Part shown: in pieces, positions 25,158 through 39,100 of the stretch | Position numbering within the stretch: position 1 is the stretch's first letter | Layout: each line of letters starts with the position of its first letter | NCBI GenBank assembly: GCA_965178125.1 | Contig: OZ237741.1 | Location: 1,364,001-1,428,000 of the forward strand | DNA: 64,000 bases | Direction: 5' to 3' | From: Bilabrum cf. latius | Lineage: Eukaryota | Notes under the pieces: generated by a model | Database searches by the model: none | What the model saw: only the letters and a program-made list of their open reading frames with translations | What the model was told of the DNA's origin: nothing | Translations under genes and position numbers: made by a program

Positions 25158-25818
25158 GGTGGACGGGCAGACGCAAAGAGGGAGGCATGGTCTTGGCAGA
25201 GGAAGGTCTTGGCAGAGGAAGTAGGTCGTTATGTGTCACTGCCCTGGGTGACGCACGAGGTCTCCTTGAAATGGCAAAGAAGCCAGACGGCGCTGCTCGG
25301 CAGGTGCCACTCTCTCTCGGCTGCCGCTGCTGCTCTACTGCATCGTGCAGGCATCTAGGCCTGAGGTAGGGCCTAGGCATGACCACGCACGTGCCTGTAT
25401 CCTCCGGACAAGCGCCGGACGCAAGCGGCCTGGATGCCAACCGCCAAAGGAGAGGGGAGGCTTTGGCAGGCAGTCTGCCTGCATCCAGGATTGGGCGAGC
25501 GATGGGGGTGCTGGGCAAATAGCGCAAGCCCGTGCTTCCGGTAGTACGGGTCTCAGACAGCCGCATGGCGATGCGAGGTTGCCCAGTGGCAGTGGCAGTG
25601 CCACCCGTTCCTTCCCCAGCGAGGCATTGCAAGCAAGTCGACTGGGTAACGGGGAAAATGCCGACTGACCAGGCAGTGGCCTGGCAGTGTTGGCTCATTC
25701 CACTTTCAGACTTTCAGACAGATTGAACCCAATAAGGATGATACGAAATAGGTTTCTCTGTGCTCAACGGCATGCCAGTGGTGGGTTAGTCGCCATCCCA
25801 AGGACAAGCTCTTCCAGG

Positions 25819-26521
25819 TCACTTCACCGATAGTTCCTTTACAATTTCCTTTACCTTCGCCTCATACTTCTTGGGCTCGTATTTCGCTAGTGAGTGGGCT
25901 CCACTGTTAGCTGGGTCATCCAGGTTTGGTGTCGAGAGTAGAGTCTGCACTCCCTACAGAATAGACTTCATGTTGATGCCTGGGGCCCAACCCTTTTCAT
26001 CAAGAATGCTCAGGCAAACCTTCCCGCTCGGATACACTGCAGGGGCATGATATTTGAATACAACCGAAGCGACTTGGGCCAGAGAGGATCTACCTACGCT
26101 TGCCAATCGTCGCAAGACAGACATTCAACTCACCGTTAGGGTGGAACAAGGGAGGAACGAAAGACACTTTCGGCGGTTTCGTCGGGTATTCAGTATCAAA
26201 TTCTATTTTCAAGGTGAACTGGGCTCCTTCCCAAATTGTCTGCGAAGTTGTGGCAATACTGGTGGAATCCAAATAAGACCCTTGTCAAATGTGTGGCAGC
26301 TGCCGCGCAGTACGCACACAAGGGGGCCACAATTAAAGTTCACGCACCCGTGGAGATCCAGGGATCTTAGCCTCCCAGTTCATCCAGTCTGTCCCTCCTG
26401 AAGCCGTCTTCATGGGCTTTGCAACCATGCCATACGGGTGGTCCTTCTTCCAGGCCTTTCTCTCGAGAACAAGCCGCTCTCTCGCCATACTTGAAGCTGC
26501 TGATCCGGCAGCTGCTGCCAT
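25819..26521 (-). CDS. UBC9: SUMO-conjugating enzyme Ubc9
   Basis: 'RLVLERKAWKKDHPYG', 'WEAKIPG', 'YPTKPPK', 'LFHPNVYPSGKVCLSIL'. Introns at 26240-26347 and 26037-26133. TAG at 25954. Ends TGA. Confidence 0.88.
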
Positions 26522-26712
26522 TTTGCCAGGTGTTGTGCACTTTTCCGGGACACCGTCACAGCTGTAGCCAGTTATTGTTGATCGACAACTTTTTCAAGAT
26601 TAGTAAGGTGCGAAATTACAAATTCCGTCCGTTGTGTTGGATCTGCAAGTGGCCACTGGCAGGCGTGGTAGCGGTAGCCTGGACGCGAACGGACCGGATA
26701 TTACTCTTAACT

Positions 26713-29700
26713 ATGCAGGAAAACGACCTGGAATCGAACGTAAGACCTAGTTCGTTGACGGCACAACTCCTGCACCTTGTGATGTACGCAATTGCCGCTC
26801 CTTGCTCAGAAAAATTTTGTTCTCACAGGTCAGTTGGCTTAGGAATTTACTGCCGGCAAGTTCTACGTTGAATGCGTCGGCCCCTTGGCCGAACGAGCAC
26901 GATCGTAGGTGCCTATCGTTTGCCTGCGCTAGGGTCCGAGCCTCTTTGCTCAGCGCTGGCGAGTCTCCTGGCGATATACCCCGGCCAAAAACAGGATCAA
27001 TGGAAGTAATAGAGGCTTTCAATTGGATCACACGGGTTGTTCCGGAGTCGGAGCTGCCGATCGAGCTTCGCACGTCAATGTCAAACGAGCTTGTTGCTGC
27101 GAGCGACCAGGTAGCTGAAGGCGCAGTGCTGGGCACCCTCAGGCTTTGGAGCCAGGGGAAGCAAGGGATCGATTCTTTGATGGCATCCAGACTAAGCATG
27201 TCTGCGAGTCGGTCCTCGTTTGCGAGGGGAGAGCGGCAGCAGCAGCAGGATGAGGATGCCCCAGAGCGGACCCAGACACCGGCCAGTAGGGCATGGCAGC
27301 ATGGGCGTGGCGGTGGGAATAGGGAACAAGATTTGATGGACAGTTTGTAGCACGAGTCTTATCATGCTGGCAGTGACGTCAGGCGGTCCGTTGGCTGGTA
27401 GGACGAGGGCGAGGGCAAGGGCGCGAGGACCGGGCCACTGGGGGAGGGAGATACCGTTGGGCAGCAGGCAGCCAGTCCCTTGCATCGCCACATATCTGGG
27501 CAATCCAGGACAGCAAGCGAGATGCCAGAGCTGCCTTCCAGTCGCACACACGGCAGGACAGACACAAGAAAGGGCAGGGCCACTGGCAGCGGAGAGGCTG
27601 GCACAAGCACAAGGACCAGGAGCGGGAGGACGGGCCGATAGACAGGTAGCGAGAGCAAGAGCGAGATGCAGGACGCTCCCCGCCCCGGATGGAACAAGAG
27701 CACCTGGGTGGACAGCAAGGTGCGCAAAAGGGACGCCATCCGGCGGGACGTAACGCTATTGGGCAGGGACGAGGGCGGTGATGCGGGTGTGACGAGTGAG
27801 GCTAAGGACCGGCTAGCACTGGTGGAGCGGCGACTGCCGGCGCGTCCATTTCGGCTGGGCTCTATGGTAGACCCAGGGGCAGGAGGGTCAGTCGGGGGAG
27901 GCATTGGGCGAGGGGCGCGAGTAGGCACACAGCGAGGAGGCAGGTCTAGGGGACGTGCATCGAAGCAAGAGGGTATCGGACAGAGGGGGGCTGCTCGCAC
28001 GCTGCCCCGGCAGCTGGTGGGGGCTAGTGGCAGCAGCCGTGCCTCGGGCAGGAGACCACCGCTCGCGGGGCCGCAGGAAGGGGGTGCCTTGGGAGGGGGT
28101 TCCAGCCGGCCGACTTCGGCACACTCGTCACAGGTAGGCGCCTCCCTGGCCGGAGTCCTGTTGCCAATCTAGCCTAGCGGCGGGCCATCTACGGGCGGGC
28201 AGCTGGTGGTCGATGGGCTCCATACCGAGGGCAAGGGAAACGGGGAGCTGGCGGCCGTGAGCCCCGCAGCCCAGGCGGCTCTGTGGTGCGACACCCTGGC
28301 CCGTCGACTCGCCGTGATCGCATGGATGGCGGCTCCTGCCCATGGGTCGGATGGTCCTGCTGCCGGGCCCGGTCCTGTCGACGGGGACACCGAGGACCCT
28401 AGGAGCGTGCTGTGGGCCGGGGTGCGGCACGCGCTGGGAGGGCAGTCCAGGCCGCTGCGGGCTCTGCTGCCCAGGCCTGACGATGCCGACAAGTCGTTCG
28501 TGGCGTGGAGGCGGGAGCTGCGGCGGTTCATTGCGAGCGAACAGCAGCAGGAGCAGGAGCAGAAGAAGAGGGTGGCATGGGGCGAGGAGGGTGAGGGGCC
28601 GGATGGGCTGGTGCCTGGTGGTGTTGCGGAGGGCAAGCAGGACGAGGGAGCGCACGGGGGAAGCCCGCCGTCGCCTCCCCGCCCCATCAGCGATCGCATT
28701 ATGAGCTTGGTTAGGGAGACTGACCATTTCGCCGCGCATGCCTCCAGCGGGCTCCTATTGTCTGCCATCGCGGCAAGCATCGCAGGCGAGCTGGCGGGCC
28801 GCATGCCCGAGCGCGAGGTGCGCAGGGAACACGATGGGGCACACCGCAGGCCGGCCCATCGCGGGCCCTCGACGAGTCTCTCGCAGGCCCAGTCATTCGT
28901 TGAGGCAGGTCGGCTGCACCCCGCGAGTCGCTTAGTCAGGTTTGGGGCCCTGGATCCAGCCGGGGGGGCGCAGGGGAAGCAGGGCCGGGGGCGCGGCGCC
29001 AGGGACAGGCAGGCTGCGAGGGCGCGCATGCACCCCTGCAGGCTGCTGCCGGGGACGGACGTGCACGGCAAGACCGTAGGGGGGCGGGTGGCCACGCTGC
29101 GTGCGGCGGTGGGTGCGATCCGCGGTAGCTCCATCGGGGCCCAGGTGGACCGGTGCAGTGAGGGCGGGTCTGCCTGGCTGTGCGCGCGTCCCGGCGGCCA
29201 GCCCTCTGCGGCGGAGAGGAAAGAGGCTACCAGCGCGCTGGGCGAGGAGGCGGGCGATCTCATGGCTGAGGGGGGCACGCCGGGGTGCGGGGTCTTCTGG
29301 AGGCTCGCGTGGGGGGTGGCGGCGGCGGCTGGTGGCGGGCAGCCTGCGGGCGGGCCCCGGCATTCGAATGGCGGTGCTTCGATCGGGGGAACTACGATGG
29401 GAGCCACGGGGCCTGTTAGTGATGCGGATGAAGAGCCCTTTCTGTCCGCCTTTGTGCGGTCCAGCATGCGGTTGCTGGGGGCGGGGCTCGCGTGGGAGGC
29501 GGAGCGCGCCGGGGACCCGTTCGCGGAGGCGTGCGCAGATGCGGTGCGGGAGGGTCACGCGGTGCGGGTGCCCTCCCTCGTGGTGGGCTGGCAGGAGACG
29601 GAGATGAGGCGGGCGCACGATTTGGGGATCGGATCATCGTCGAGGGCCTCCTCTGTGGCTGGCTCCGAGGATGGCGAGTGGGGGAGAGACGGTGGGGATC

Positions 29701-32700
29701 GGCGGGGAGGGGCCGCTGCCCTGGGGCACACGAGCGGGGCACCGCCAGGCTCCACACAGGTGCTGCGGCCGATCGCGCGTCCGTTCCCCGAGGACTCCGA
29801 GTGGTGTCTGCTGGAGCATGCGGCCGCGGGGGCGGAGGAGGCGGCGGCGCAGCTGTCGGCGTCCAGGGACAGGCACCTTTGGCGAGCCATCCGGGAGCTG
29901 GGCGCGGCCGCCTCCTCTTCCATGGGCGTCCCCGCCGAGGCCATGGTGCGCATGGCTAGGCATGAGCACGAGGCCGGGGCCGTGGATCTGGGCGCGTGGG
30001 CCGTGTGCGCCGGCGCTCTGTGCGCTGCACGGCTGGCCCAGACCCACGGGAGCCGTGGTGGGGGTGGGGGTGGTGCAGGCTCCACCCAGGTGCGAGACAC
30101 CGCCACTGCGGCCCGGTCGGCCGGCATGCTCGTGTCTGCATGGATCGGGGCGGCAGCGCGGCGGTCGGCCTACCTCCGGCGCGAGGCCTCCATCCGCAGG
30201 GAGGGCGCCGGCGAGGATCGGCGGGTGAGTGGGGGTGGGGCGGGTGGGGTTGTGCCCTCCTCTGTGGGAGATGAGCGCGGCAGGGTGCAGCTGCTTGACT
30301 TGTTGAGGGGCTTGGGCTGCCTGGAGCTGGAGCACGCGGGGCACGACGCGCCTGCACTCGGGACCGGGTCCGGGTCCGCAGGGGGCGCGGGCTCTCTGCT
30401 GCACCACCCGCTCGCTGGCGGGCCTGGGGGGGTCACGGCGGCGGCATGTCTGCGGGGGGCCGTGGATTTGCCTGCTGTGGACAAGGTCTTCACGCTGGCC
30501 AGCGGGGCAGAGACTGCTGGCGAGCAGCACCGTGGGGGCGGACCTGGTGGCTAGACGCCGGGACAGCCGCGGTGGGCCCGCCGAGACCCCTCCTCCCTCG
30601 GTGAGGCGAGAGCGAATGCGGCCGCCCTCTCCGTGCTGGCAGCCGATGCAGCGGGGAGGTCAGCCGCGTCGTTGGCCGTGTACCTGGCTGTGGCGGGCGA
30701 GAGCCCCGGCTCCGGGGACATGCCAGGCACTGGCGCGGGTGGGGAGAAGCAGGGCGCGTCTGCGGGAAGCCTCTGGCGGGTGGCCCGAGCCAGTGCCATG
30801 CTGGTGGGGCACAACCGAGAGCAGGCGCTGCGAGGTGACACCAGCGGGGCCTGGTCTGCGCTCGTGGATCTGCAGAGCGGCGTGCGGGGTGCTCGGGAGG
30901 CTCTGTCCTCCCTTGGCCTGCTGGATGGGGGGGCCGGCGGGGGGGTGGGCCCGCTGATGGATGGGGGTGTCTCTGAGCGCGGGGGGGGACTGGCAGGTGC
31001 GGCGCACGGTACTTGGTGGGAGCTCCGCGTGGCCTCGGCGCTGTACAGCTGGGCCAGTGCGCCGCAGGGCATGCAGGACACGCTCGTCATGCAGTGGATG
31101 CAGGCAGTCGGGGTCATGGACAGCAATGGCAGCAACAGTGCCAGTGCCAGTAGGTCCCAGAGGGAGTGGGAGACAGTGCCAAGCACCGTGCCGCCGGGGA
31201 GCGGATCTATCGGGGGCGGGGTATCTGCATCGGAGCGCGGGTGCATCCTGCCGCCCGCCCGTGCCGTGTCGCAGCTCAAAGAGTACCTGTGCTCGGGCCT
31301 GGCCCTTGCGGCTGTCGCGCTGGCGGTGGCTCGGAGGGAGGATGCCCGCAGGAGGGCCAGGCAGGAGCACGCTGCTGCCACTGCGGCAAGGTCTGTGTGC
31401 AGGGAGGGTCCCGCGGAGGCTGCGGCCGGCGCGACTCTGCGCGTTGCTTCCACCGATGAGTCCGGTGGCTCGCTGGAGCAGGAGGTGCGAGGGACCATCG
31501 GGCTGGAGGCGGACGCCATCGGCTCCTGGCACCTGGGCCAGCTCTCGGCCAGGAAGGCGTGCGCGAGGGCGTCTGCGGCAGCGGCCGGTCTCTTTGCCGC
31601 GATGGCAGCACAGCCGGGGCGACCAGGGGCGGTGGAGGGGCTGTGTGCCGTGGCCTTCGAGTCATTTCCGAACGATTCTGTCGAGACGGGGGCGGCGTGC
31701 GCGGAGCTACTAGGGGCCCCCCGGCGGCGGCGGCCCGCAGATCCTGGGGACGAGGACGAGGGCGAGGCTCAGACGAGGGAGGTGCAGCAGTTCCTGGGCA
31801 GGCAGGGGGAGGCCCTGCGGAAGGGATTGTTCCCCGGGGTGGCAGCCTAGCGAGCCATCTGCAGGCTGGACGCGGGGCGGTTCAGGAGGACCCTTGGAGC
31901 GCTGGGTCTGGACTCGGAGCGGCCGCACGGGCGTGCCACTGGCGGGCTGAGTGTGGTTGAGCTGCAGGACGTGCAGGGGCCCATGAGGGCCTCTACTTTC
32001 CTTCCGCCTGCTGCTGCCGTGGATCGCATCAGGGAGGCAGCTCTGACGGCTGGAACCAGTGGTAGTGCCGGGGGCAGGGGGGACACGGTGTCGGGCGGGG
32101 GCGTGTCGGGGACGACCATGTGGCTGCAGCTGGCCAGGGCGGCGGCTGCGGGCGACGTGTCGTGCGCGTGGTCTGCCATCACGGAGCTGGTGCTGCTGGA
32201 CTGCTGCGCACAGGTGGGTGCGCGGGTTTTCGAGGCGAGGACCAGGGCGACAGATGCAGCCGATCTGGATGAGTCCTTCGTCGGTGGGTCTGCGACTCGC
32301 AGGGGGTGGGCAGGGGGCCTTGGGGGGACTCGCGAGGCAGACGCCAGCGGGGATTTGGGTGATGGACAGGGCATGGGGGAGGGGCCGGGCAGGAGCAGGA
32401 GACCTGCCAATGGCAGCACGCCATTCTCACCCGTGCGGCGGACAGGGGCAGTGGGTGCGTCTCGGCGGGCCTTCGCTTCATCCATGGAGAGAGAGGCGAT
32501 GGCGGTCGGGCTGGGAGGCACCACAGACGGTGCCCCGCCCATGCACATGCTGCAGGCCGGCTCATTGGTGCGGCCTGCAGCGGAGAGCGCGCCCGGGAGC
32601 AGGCTAGGCAGCCCCAGGGAACAGGCCTCCAGACGTGTGCCGGATAGCCGCGGAGCAAATGAAGCTGACGGTCGTCAGATTGCTGGAGGGATCGGCCCCA

Positions 32701-33191
32701 CGGAGGCTCCCCTGGGAACGCAACAGGGTGATGGTGTGGGTGCGCCGGGCCGGGGGTCTCTGGCCGAGGCATCCGCGCGTCGGCTGTCCAAGTTCCTGGG
32801 CTCGCTGAAGCTGGGCGTCCCCTCCGAGGCGCTGGAGGACATCGCGGGGCTGCTGGAGGGCGCGCCGGGGGCCAGTCGCACGCACGAGGCGCAGCGGGCT
32901 GCCCGGGATCTGCTGTCCTCGGGCCAGCTGATCGAGGCGCTGGCGGAGCGGGGCAACGAGAGGCTGGGCAGGAGCCGGCGGTCGGGCCTGTTCGGGGGCG
33001 GCAAGGGAAACAAGGGGCATGCGGTTGCTCTCCAGAGGATCCGCAAGAGCCTAGCAGTGCTTCGGGACCTGCCCAAGTTTCCCCCCGACTGGCTGTGGAG
33101 CGACCGGGCCCTGCTGGAGTGCGATCTGACGGCATGGAAGGGCTTGCTTGGGCACGCGAGGGGTGTGTTCAGGAGGCCCAAGCAGAGATGA
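26713..33191 (+). CDS. Very large (~2100 aa) Gly/Ala-rich hypothetical protein
   Basis: ORFs 26802, 27666, 28206, 30633 and 31953 share one frame and are separated only by TAGs (about 6). Probable short first exon 26713-26739 and intron 26740-26828. Ends TGA. No family recognised. Confidence 0.6.
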
Positions 33192-33295
33192 CCCGGATGG
33201 CTCTCCATCACGGGGTGTTTGTGTCTGTCATAGTTTGGTTAGGCTTATACAGATCAAGCTATCCAAAGCGAGGTCACCTCATGTCTAGTACTGGG

Positions 33296-35972
33296 TCACT
33301 GCCGCTGGGCCGCCGCCTCCACCAATCGATCCATTCGCTCCAGTAGCCCCGCAAGGCCATTCGTCGGGACTACCCTCTCTCTTAGTCCACAGTGCTCGTC
33401 ATCTCGCCAGTGCAAAGGTTTCTTCGCGCGAAGGGCTGCTGCTGCATCGGGCGACTCGCCGGGCAAGGTACCACGCTGAGAAGGTAGAAGCAAGGCGGGG
33501 CAAGGAGCGGAATAGAAACGCGGAAACTGGTGCAAAACCATTTTGGGTTTGTATTACGGGCCAGACTTTTGGGTCGAAACATCGACTCACCCAGTTGGGG
33601 GAGGCGCGCAGCGCTGCAGCCCGGGCCCCGAGCGAGGCGTCCAGCAGGGACGCGATCTGCTCGCGGTGGGGGTGCGCTGGCTGTGGCTGTGCCAAGAGGT
33701 GGTGGTATACGGTGGATCCATCGCACTGCGGGGTCTTAAGGCGGACATAACCAGGAACATGGGCTCATACGCACAGTGTAGGCAGCAGCACATCGGGCGG
33801 TGGTGACCCTTACCAGAGTGGCGAGGGCGGGGTCAGCCCCGCACGCAAGCAGGGCTTGCACCGCCGACACGTTCAACTGATCGACGGCTGCATGTAAAGG
33901 CCGCATGCCATCTAGCAGACGCACTGTGTTTGGCCTTGCTCCCGCCCGGCAGAGGGTGGACACAGCCTGGGACACGTCCTCCTCCGGAGAGCACCGACTC
34001 ACCACGGTCAGCAGCCTAGAGTCAGATACGGCCCCGGCGTTCAGAGAGATGGCGCCAGAGAGGGACTGCTGTATGCGCCTATAGACGGCCACCCCGGTGA
34101 TGGCTACTTTGCCCACTTGTTGGTGCAGGGTCTCGAAACGGTCGGGGCACAGCACCGGCACGGCGGGGTGCCGCCCGATCACCTGGTCCAGGCCCTGGAC
34201 GTCTGTCCTCGCCACGGCACCCTCGAGGTCGTCCATGGTGCTGGAGGCGGCTGCAGCCAGTGCAGACTGCAGGCAGTCCACCATGTCTGCATTCTCCCTC
34301 TGCCTGGCGTAGTCAAGGCCAGTCATGCCGGAGCGATCCCTCGAGTCGGGCTGGGCCCCCGCATTCAGCAAGAACCTGACCATGGACTGGTCCCCATTGA
34401 TTGCTGCGTAGTGAAGTGCAGACAAGCCGCGCTTATCGCTAATATCCGTAGCTTCCTTCTTGCTCTTTGAGGCTGGTGTGGTGGCATGGCTCCCATCTGC
34501 ACTCCCCCGGGCTGCATGCCCTGCATCGGCAACCAGCACGGATGATGCCGCCTCTAGGACAAGCTCAGCGCACGACACAGCCCCATGCTGCGCGCAGATA
34601 TGCAGGGGGGCACTCGCTGCATGGAAGACACGGCAAGCGGATCTGCCCCCGCTGCAAGCAGCACCTGCACCGAGTCCCGGCTCCCCGCCGCGCACGCCAG
34701 GTGCAGAGGCGTCATCCCGTCCATGCCGCTAGGCAGAGAAGCGGCCGCTGCGCTGTCCTCGGACATGGCCAGCAGCTCCTTGACGGTCGCGGAGCTGCCT
34801 CTCAGGGCGGCTGCGTGCAGGCTGCTGTCCCCGCCCAAACACTCGTGCCTCCTCAGCACGGCCCCGGGCATTGAGTGCTCCTCGGTGAAGCCCGCCGTGA
34901 GGGAGGCAGGCCACTGCTGGAGGGCCCCGGCTCTTCCAATCGCGCGCTGGGCCGTGGCGATAATGCGGAGGGACTCGGCGCTGCCGGCGGCCGCCGCCGC
35001 AAGGACTGCCGAGGCACCGCCGCCGCCTGGCGCCCCCTGCACGTCGGTGCTGGCCGTGCAGTCCGCGCCATACAGCTTCATCTGCTCTGAGATGCGCTCT
35101 GCGTCCGGATCGCTTGTCACAACGAGACGGACCAGATCTCTGGCTCTCCTGTGGAAGAGCTGCAGCATGCACTGGTCCACCGCACCAACTACACTGGGCG
35201 GGCTAGCCTCACGCAGCTATGCCAGCTCATCTGCCCCGGAGAAGTCAGCAGCTCCAGAGTTTACCAGCAGCTAGAACGCTGTAGGCATCCCGGCACTGAC
35301 TGCCATGGCCATTGGTGTGTTGTTCTCGGCGTCGCGGCCATCAACGGCAGCTCCTGCGGCTAGCAAAATGCGCATACAGTCGATCGAGCCGCTCTCAGCA
35401 GCGTAGTGCATTGGGGACCGCCTTAGTGAATCCAAGACATCTGGTTGTAGCGCGTGGTTTTCTTGAAGCATCTACATCGCCTGTACGTTGCCGTAGAGAC
35501 ATGCGACGTGGGTCAGCGTCCTAGAGTCTTCAGAGATGCAGTGCGATATCTTTCTTGGCGGACCAAGAGCAGCCTGCAAGCCAGTAATACGACGCACTGG
35601 ACCCCTTAATTGACACGTGCGGAGAATCAATGTTCGAATTCTGGCGCGTGCCACCTTTTCCGATGCCAGCAGCAGCTCCTCTACTTCGCGATGGCCAGCG
35701 GAGTGAGCTATCTGACTGCAGAGCTGTACCCGGCCGTCCGTATCGACAACTTTGTGCAAAGGATTTGCTGCTGCACCATGGAGCAGCACTATGCACGCTT
35801 CTAGGTCCCCCTCGTGAGCACACTGTGCAAGTATGGTCCATTGCGCGTCTGCTGCAACGCCCGCTGTAAATGCCTCCAGTTCAACGTCTTGCCCGGGCTG
35901 TAGCTTCAAACCAGTTTCGCCCAATGTAATTGTTCCCAATGCTTCGCGCGGGGTATCCTCAGACGATTCCAT
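33296..35972 (-). CDS. Ankyrin-repeat protein
   Basis: Many ANK units (SPMHYAAESG, TPMAMAVSAG, SSLHAAALRG, TPLHLACAAG, SALHYAAING, RPLHAAVDQL). Three in-frame TAGs (35472, 35271, one near 35220). Introns at 33726-33813 and 33476-33590. One apparent frameshift at 34605-34610. Ends TGA. Confidence 0.8.
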
Positions 35973-36116
35973 GCAGTACTGAATGGATGTGGCAAATTGC
36001 TCGAAACTCGTGCTCCGCTCCGAGCATGGGCAGTGTGATGAAGGCAACGACTCTGCAGAGACAGTGCACAGTGTGTGAAAGCTGCCTGCCTGCCATGTTT
36101 GCCTTCATATAGCAAC

Positions 36117-39100
36117 TCAAGAGGCTCCAATTTTGAGGCCTGCACAAGCCAACTCCACCAATTGAGCTGCCTCCGGTGTACTCGCACTCTTCAGGCACTC
36201 CACAGCTGCCTCGCGCACCTAGGGTGAGGGCGGCTGCGGGCCACCCCCCGGGCTGCTCCTTGTCACATCCCGCATTGGTGTCCCAGCGGCGATGGCCCCA
36301 ATCAATCGCAGCGGGGCGAACTCCCACCCCTTGTCCCCTTGACCTCCATCACCATCCGCCTCTTCCTCTCCCAGCGCCGAGGCAGCGGCAGACGCAACTG
36401 CGAGCCTTGCCCTCGCTGCAGTCGCGCTGGCCCCTCCTTTTTCGCTTGCCTCTGATTGTGCCCGTGCCTATGCCTCGCTTGCTTCTTCCACCTCCTTGCG
36501 AGCCTCTGCGCCTACATTCACAGGCCGAGACAGCGCCTCCCAGCCCCCGGGCACTGTCGCCATCTACTCTAACGAGGCGATAGCACGCAGCTGCAGGCCA
36601 GGCGCACCGCTGGCCAGCAGCTCGGTCATAGCAGGCACGCCCCCGCCCTCGAGCAAACGAGCCGCGGCCTCCTCGTCACACGAAGCAGCTGTCGCCAAGG
36701 CACCCGCCGCCGCCTCTGCAGTCTTGAGGTCGGCCCCGTCCCACCCACTTTCGCTGTCGTGCGGCACTCTGGCGTGGGCTTGTGCTGTCGACGGTGATGA
36801 TGACCCGCTGCTGCCCGCCCCAGATGCAGGCCCTTTATCCCCCTCCCCTTGCCCAATCGAAGCTTGGGGGTCCGTCTCTCCGAATGCCTTGGCCATGGCC
36901 AGCCACAGCTTGAGGTACTGCCCGGTGACCGCCTCGATCACTGCCGGGTGGAAGGACATGTTGCACAGCGCCTCGGTGCCCGCCCGCCTCAGCAGCCGGT
37001 GGTCCTCGAAGACGAGGGCCTGTAGCGCCGATACCCCGCCGCTGCCCACGACCCTCTCGGTCGCATCCTCGCCCATGGAAGACACGTTGGTCAGCGCCAC
37101 CGCCGCCTCGAATTGCTGCATCCCGTCCCTGCCCCGGCACACGAACAGCAGGGGAGGCACTGCATCCATGACCTGGCTCTCGGGAAGCAGGTTCGGGTTG
37201 CAGGCCATCAGCAGCAGCGCGAGGCAGTGCGATGCCGCCTGCCTCCCCGCCAGCGAGTTGCCGGACAGCTCCGACGACAGCGTGTTGAGCAGGGGCAGCG
37301 CCCCCGACTGCAGCAGCTCGGCCCTGCTCCAGCGCCCCCGGACCGCCACCTTCTCCAGCACGGTGGAGATGGCCTGCAGCACGCCCGCCCCTGGCCCCCG
37401 GTTCCTCTCCTCCTGCTGCCTCCTCAAGTGCTCGTCTGCCTCGCTCAGCGGCTGCCACTGAGAGCGCGCCAGCCCAAAGAGCGGGTTCACTGCGCCGCTG
37501 TCCCGGACTGCTTGGATAGACCCGCCCTGCGCCCCCCTGCCCAGCGACTCCATAGCCAGCGAGTGGATGCCCCTCGCCGCCTGCGCCAGCGCGTGCAGCA
37601 TGGGGATCACCTTGAAGGAGATAGACGCGTGCTCGGCAGCAGACCCATCCACCCTTGCCCCGATGCCGAGGAGGAGTCTCACTCTGCGATCGACCTCATC
37701 CTTCGGGTCCGGGTCAGGGGCAGCGGCCTGCTGCGACAGCGTCAGTCGCTGGAACTCTTCCCACTGCTTGACCGAGATGTCTTTGTCTGCCAGTGCCTGC
37801 AGCCTCTCTTCCTCTTCGCTCCTCACGATGGACAGCACGATGAAGCACGCGCCCAGCGCGATGGGTCCCCACTCCTGCTCCAGCGCCCCCGATGTGGCAT
37901 GGCTCCGCCCGGCAGAACCCCCCTCGCTGGTCTCGTGCTGGGACCGGAGGGCCCGGGACTGCTCCTCGGCTGCCCTGCTCGCCAGTCGCAGCACGGCCCC
38001 GATCGTGTGGGGGTCCTCCACGATCCGCTTTTTGATGGGCACCTTGTTGCTGATGCACGCCAGAGCCTCCATGCTGCGAGAGGCCGTCCGGAGAGCAACA
38101 CGGCTGCCAGTCGAACGCGCCAGCTTGCTACTGTCCTCCTCCCTGGTGCTGCCCGCTCCACTGCTGGGCGCGGCACTAGAGCCGGACCCCGAGTCCGCCA
38201 GAGCATCATCGGCAAGCACGAGGGCATCAGCCACGCCCTCGTACAGTTCCATGATCGCGCGGTCGTCTGCTTCCTTCATGGCTGCTTCCCTGGAAGCTCG
38301 CCGGGAAGACGATCCAGCAGACGAGGCGGCCGCTCCCGCGGCGGACAATCCCGAGCCCTTGCCCCCTCCCTCCTCCGCCTCTTCCGCTGCCTTGGCCTCC
38401 TCGCCAGTCATCGGCTTGGCCAGGTCCACGCCTGCGCCAGCGGGACCTGCCGCTGCCTTGCGCTGGGCCGCTGCGGTGGCCAAAGTCTTGGCGATTGACA
38501 CTGCCGCCGCTGCTCGTACCCCCGAGTGCTCCGACTTGGCCAGCACCCCCAGCATGTCGTACACCTCGGCAGACATGAGGGCGCGGCCCGCATCGTCCGC
38601 GCACATGTGTCCAATTACGTCTGCCACGACCTCCTTCCAGGCATCGCTCGGGCTGAGGGCCAGGGAACACACGGCGGGCAGCACGCCGGTCTCCTCGAGC
38701 ATCGACAGTGCGGCCTGCCTGTCAACCAAAAAGGCTGCGCCGATGACCACGGCAGCCCGCGCGCACAGATCGTAGCGCTCCTCGGGGGCGCGCATCTTGG
38801 CAATTCTCCACGCCTGCTCCTGGACCCGAGCTCGCCTCTCCTCCTCTGCCTGCTCGCGCTTGGCCTTGTCCTACTGGTGCAACTGCAGCGCTTCGGCGGG
38901 GGAGCGAGGCACCACTTCGCCGCCTGCTGCCCCACCCGCAGCCCCATCTGTCTTGCTCTCTGCCTCGGCGGCTGCTTCTGTAAGCCCCCCTGATGCTGTG
39001 TCCTCCCCTCGCCCCAGCTCCACGACCAGACCCTTCATGTGAGCCCGCAGTGCAGCCGCCAGGTCCTTGGACGCAATCTGTGCATTGGGGTCGTGCCTCT

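Noticed and set aside
25189-25220. 16-bp direct duplication GGTCTTGGCAGAGGAA x2 after UBE2K
   Set aside because: A simple local duplication in a probable 3' UTR, with no sign of an associated element.
25954-25956. UAG = Leu, because the Ubc9 TAG (KSIL*GVQ) aligns with a usually Leu/Val column
   Set aside because: This is one site in a visibly divergent Ubc9. It is outweighed by the Gln columns in BPL and TatD, the internal repeats and the His/Gln tract. Kept as a mild counter-example.
24322-26521. Two adjacent E2 genes as a recent tandem duplication
   Set aside because: They belong to different ancient subfamilies (UBE2K and Ubc9) and are convergent, so adjacency is probably incidental.
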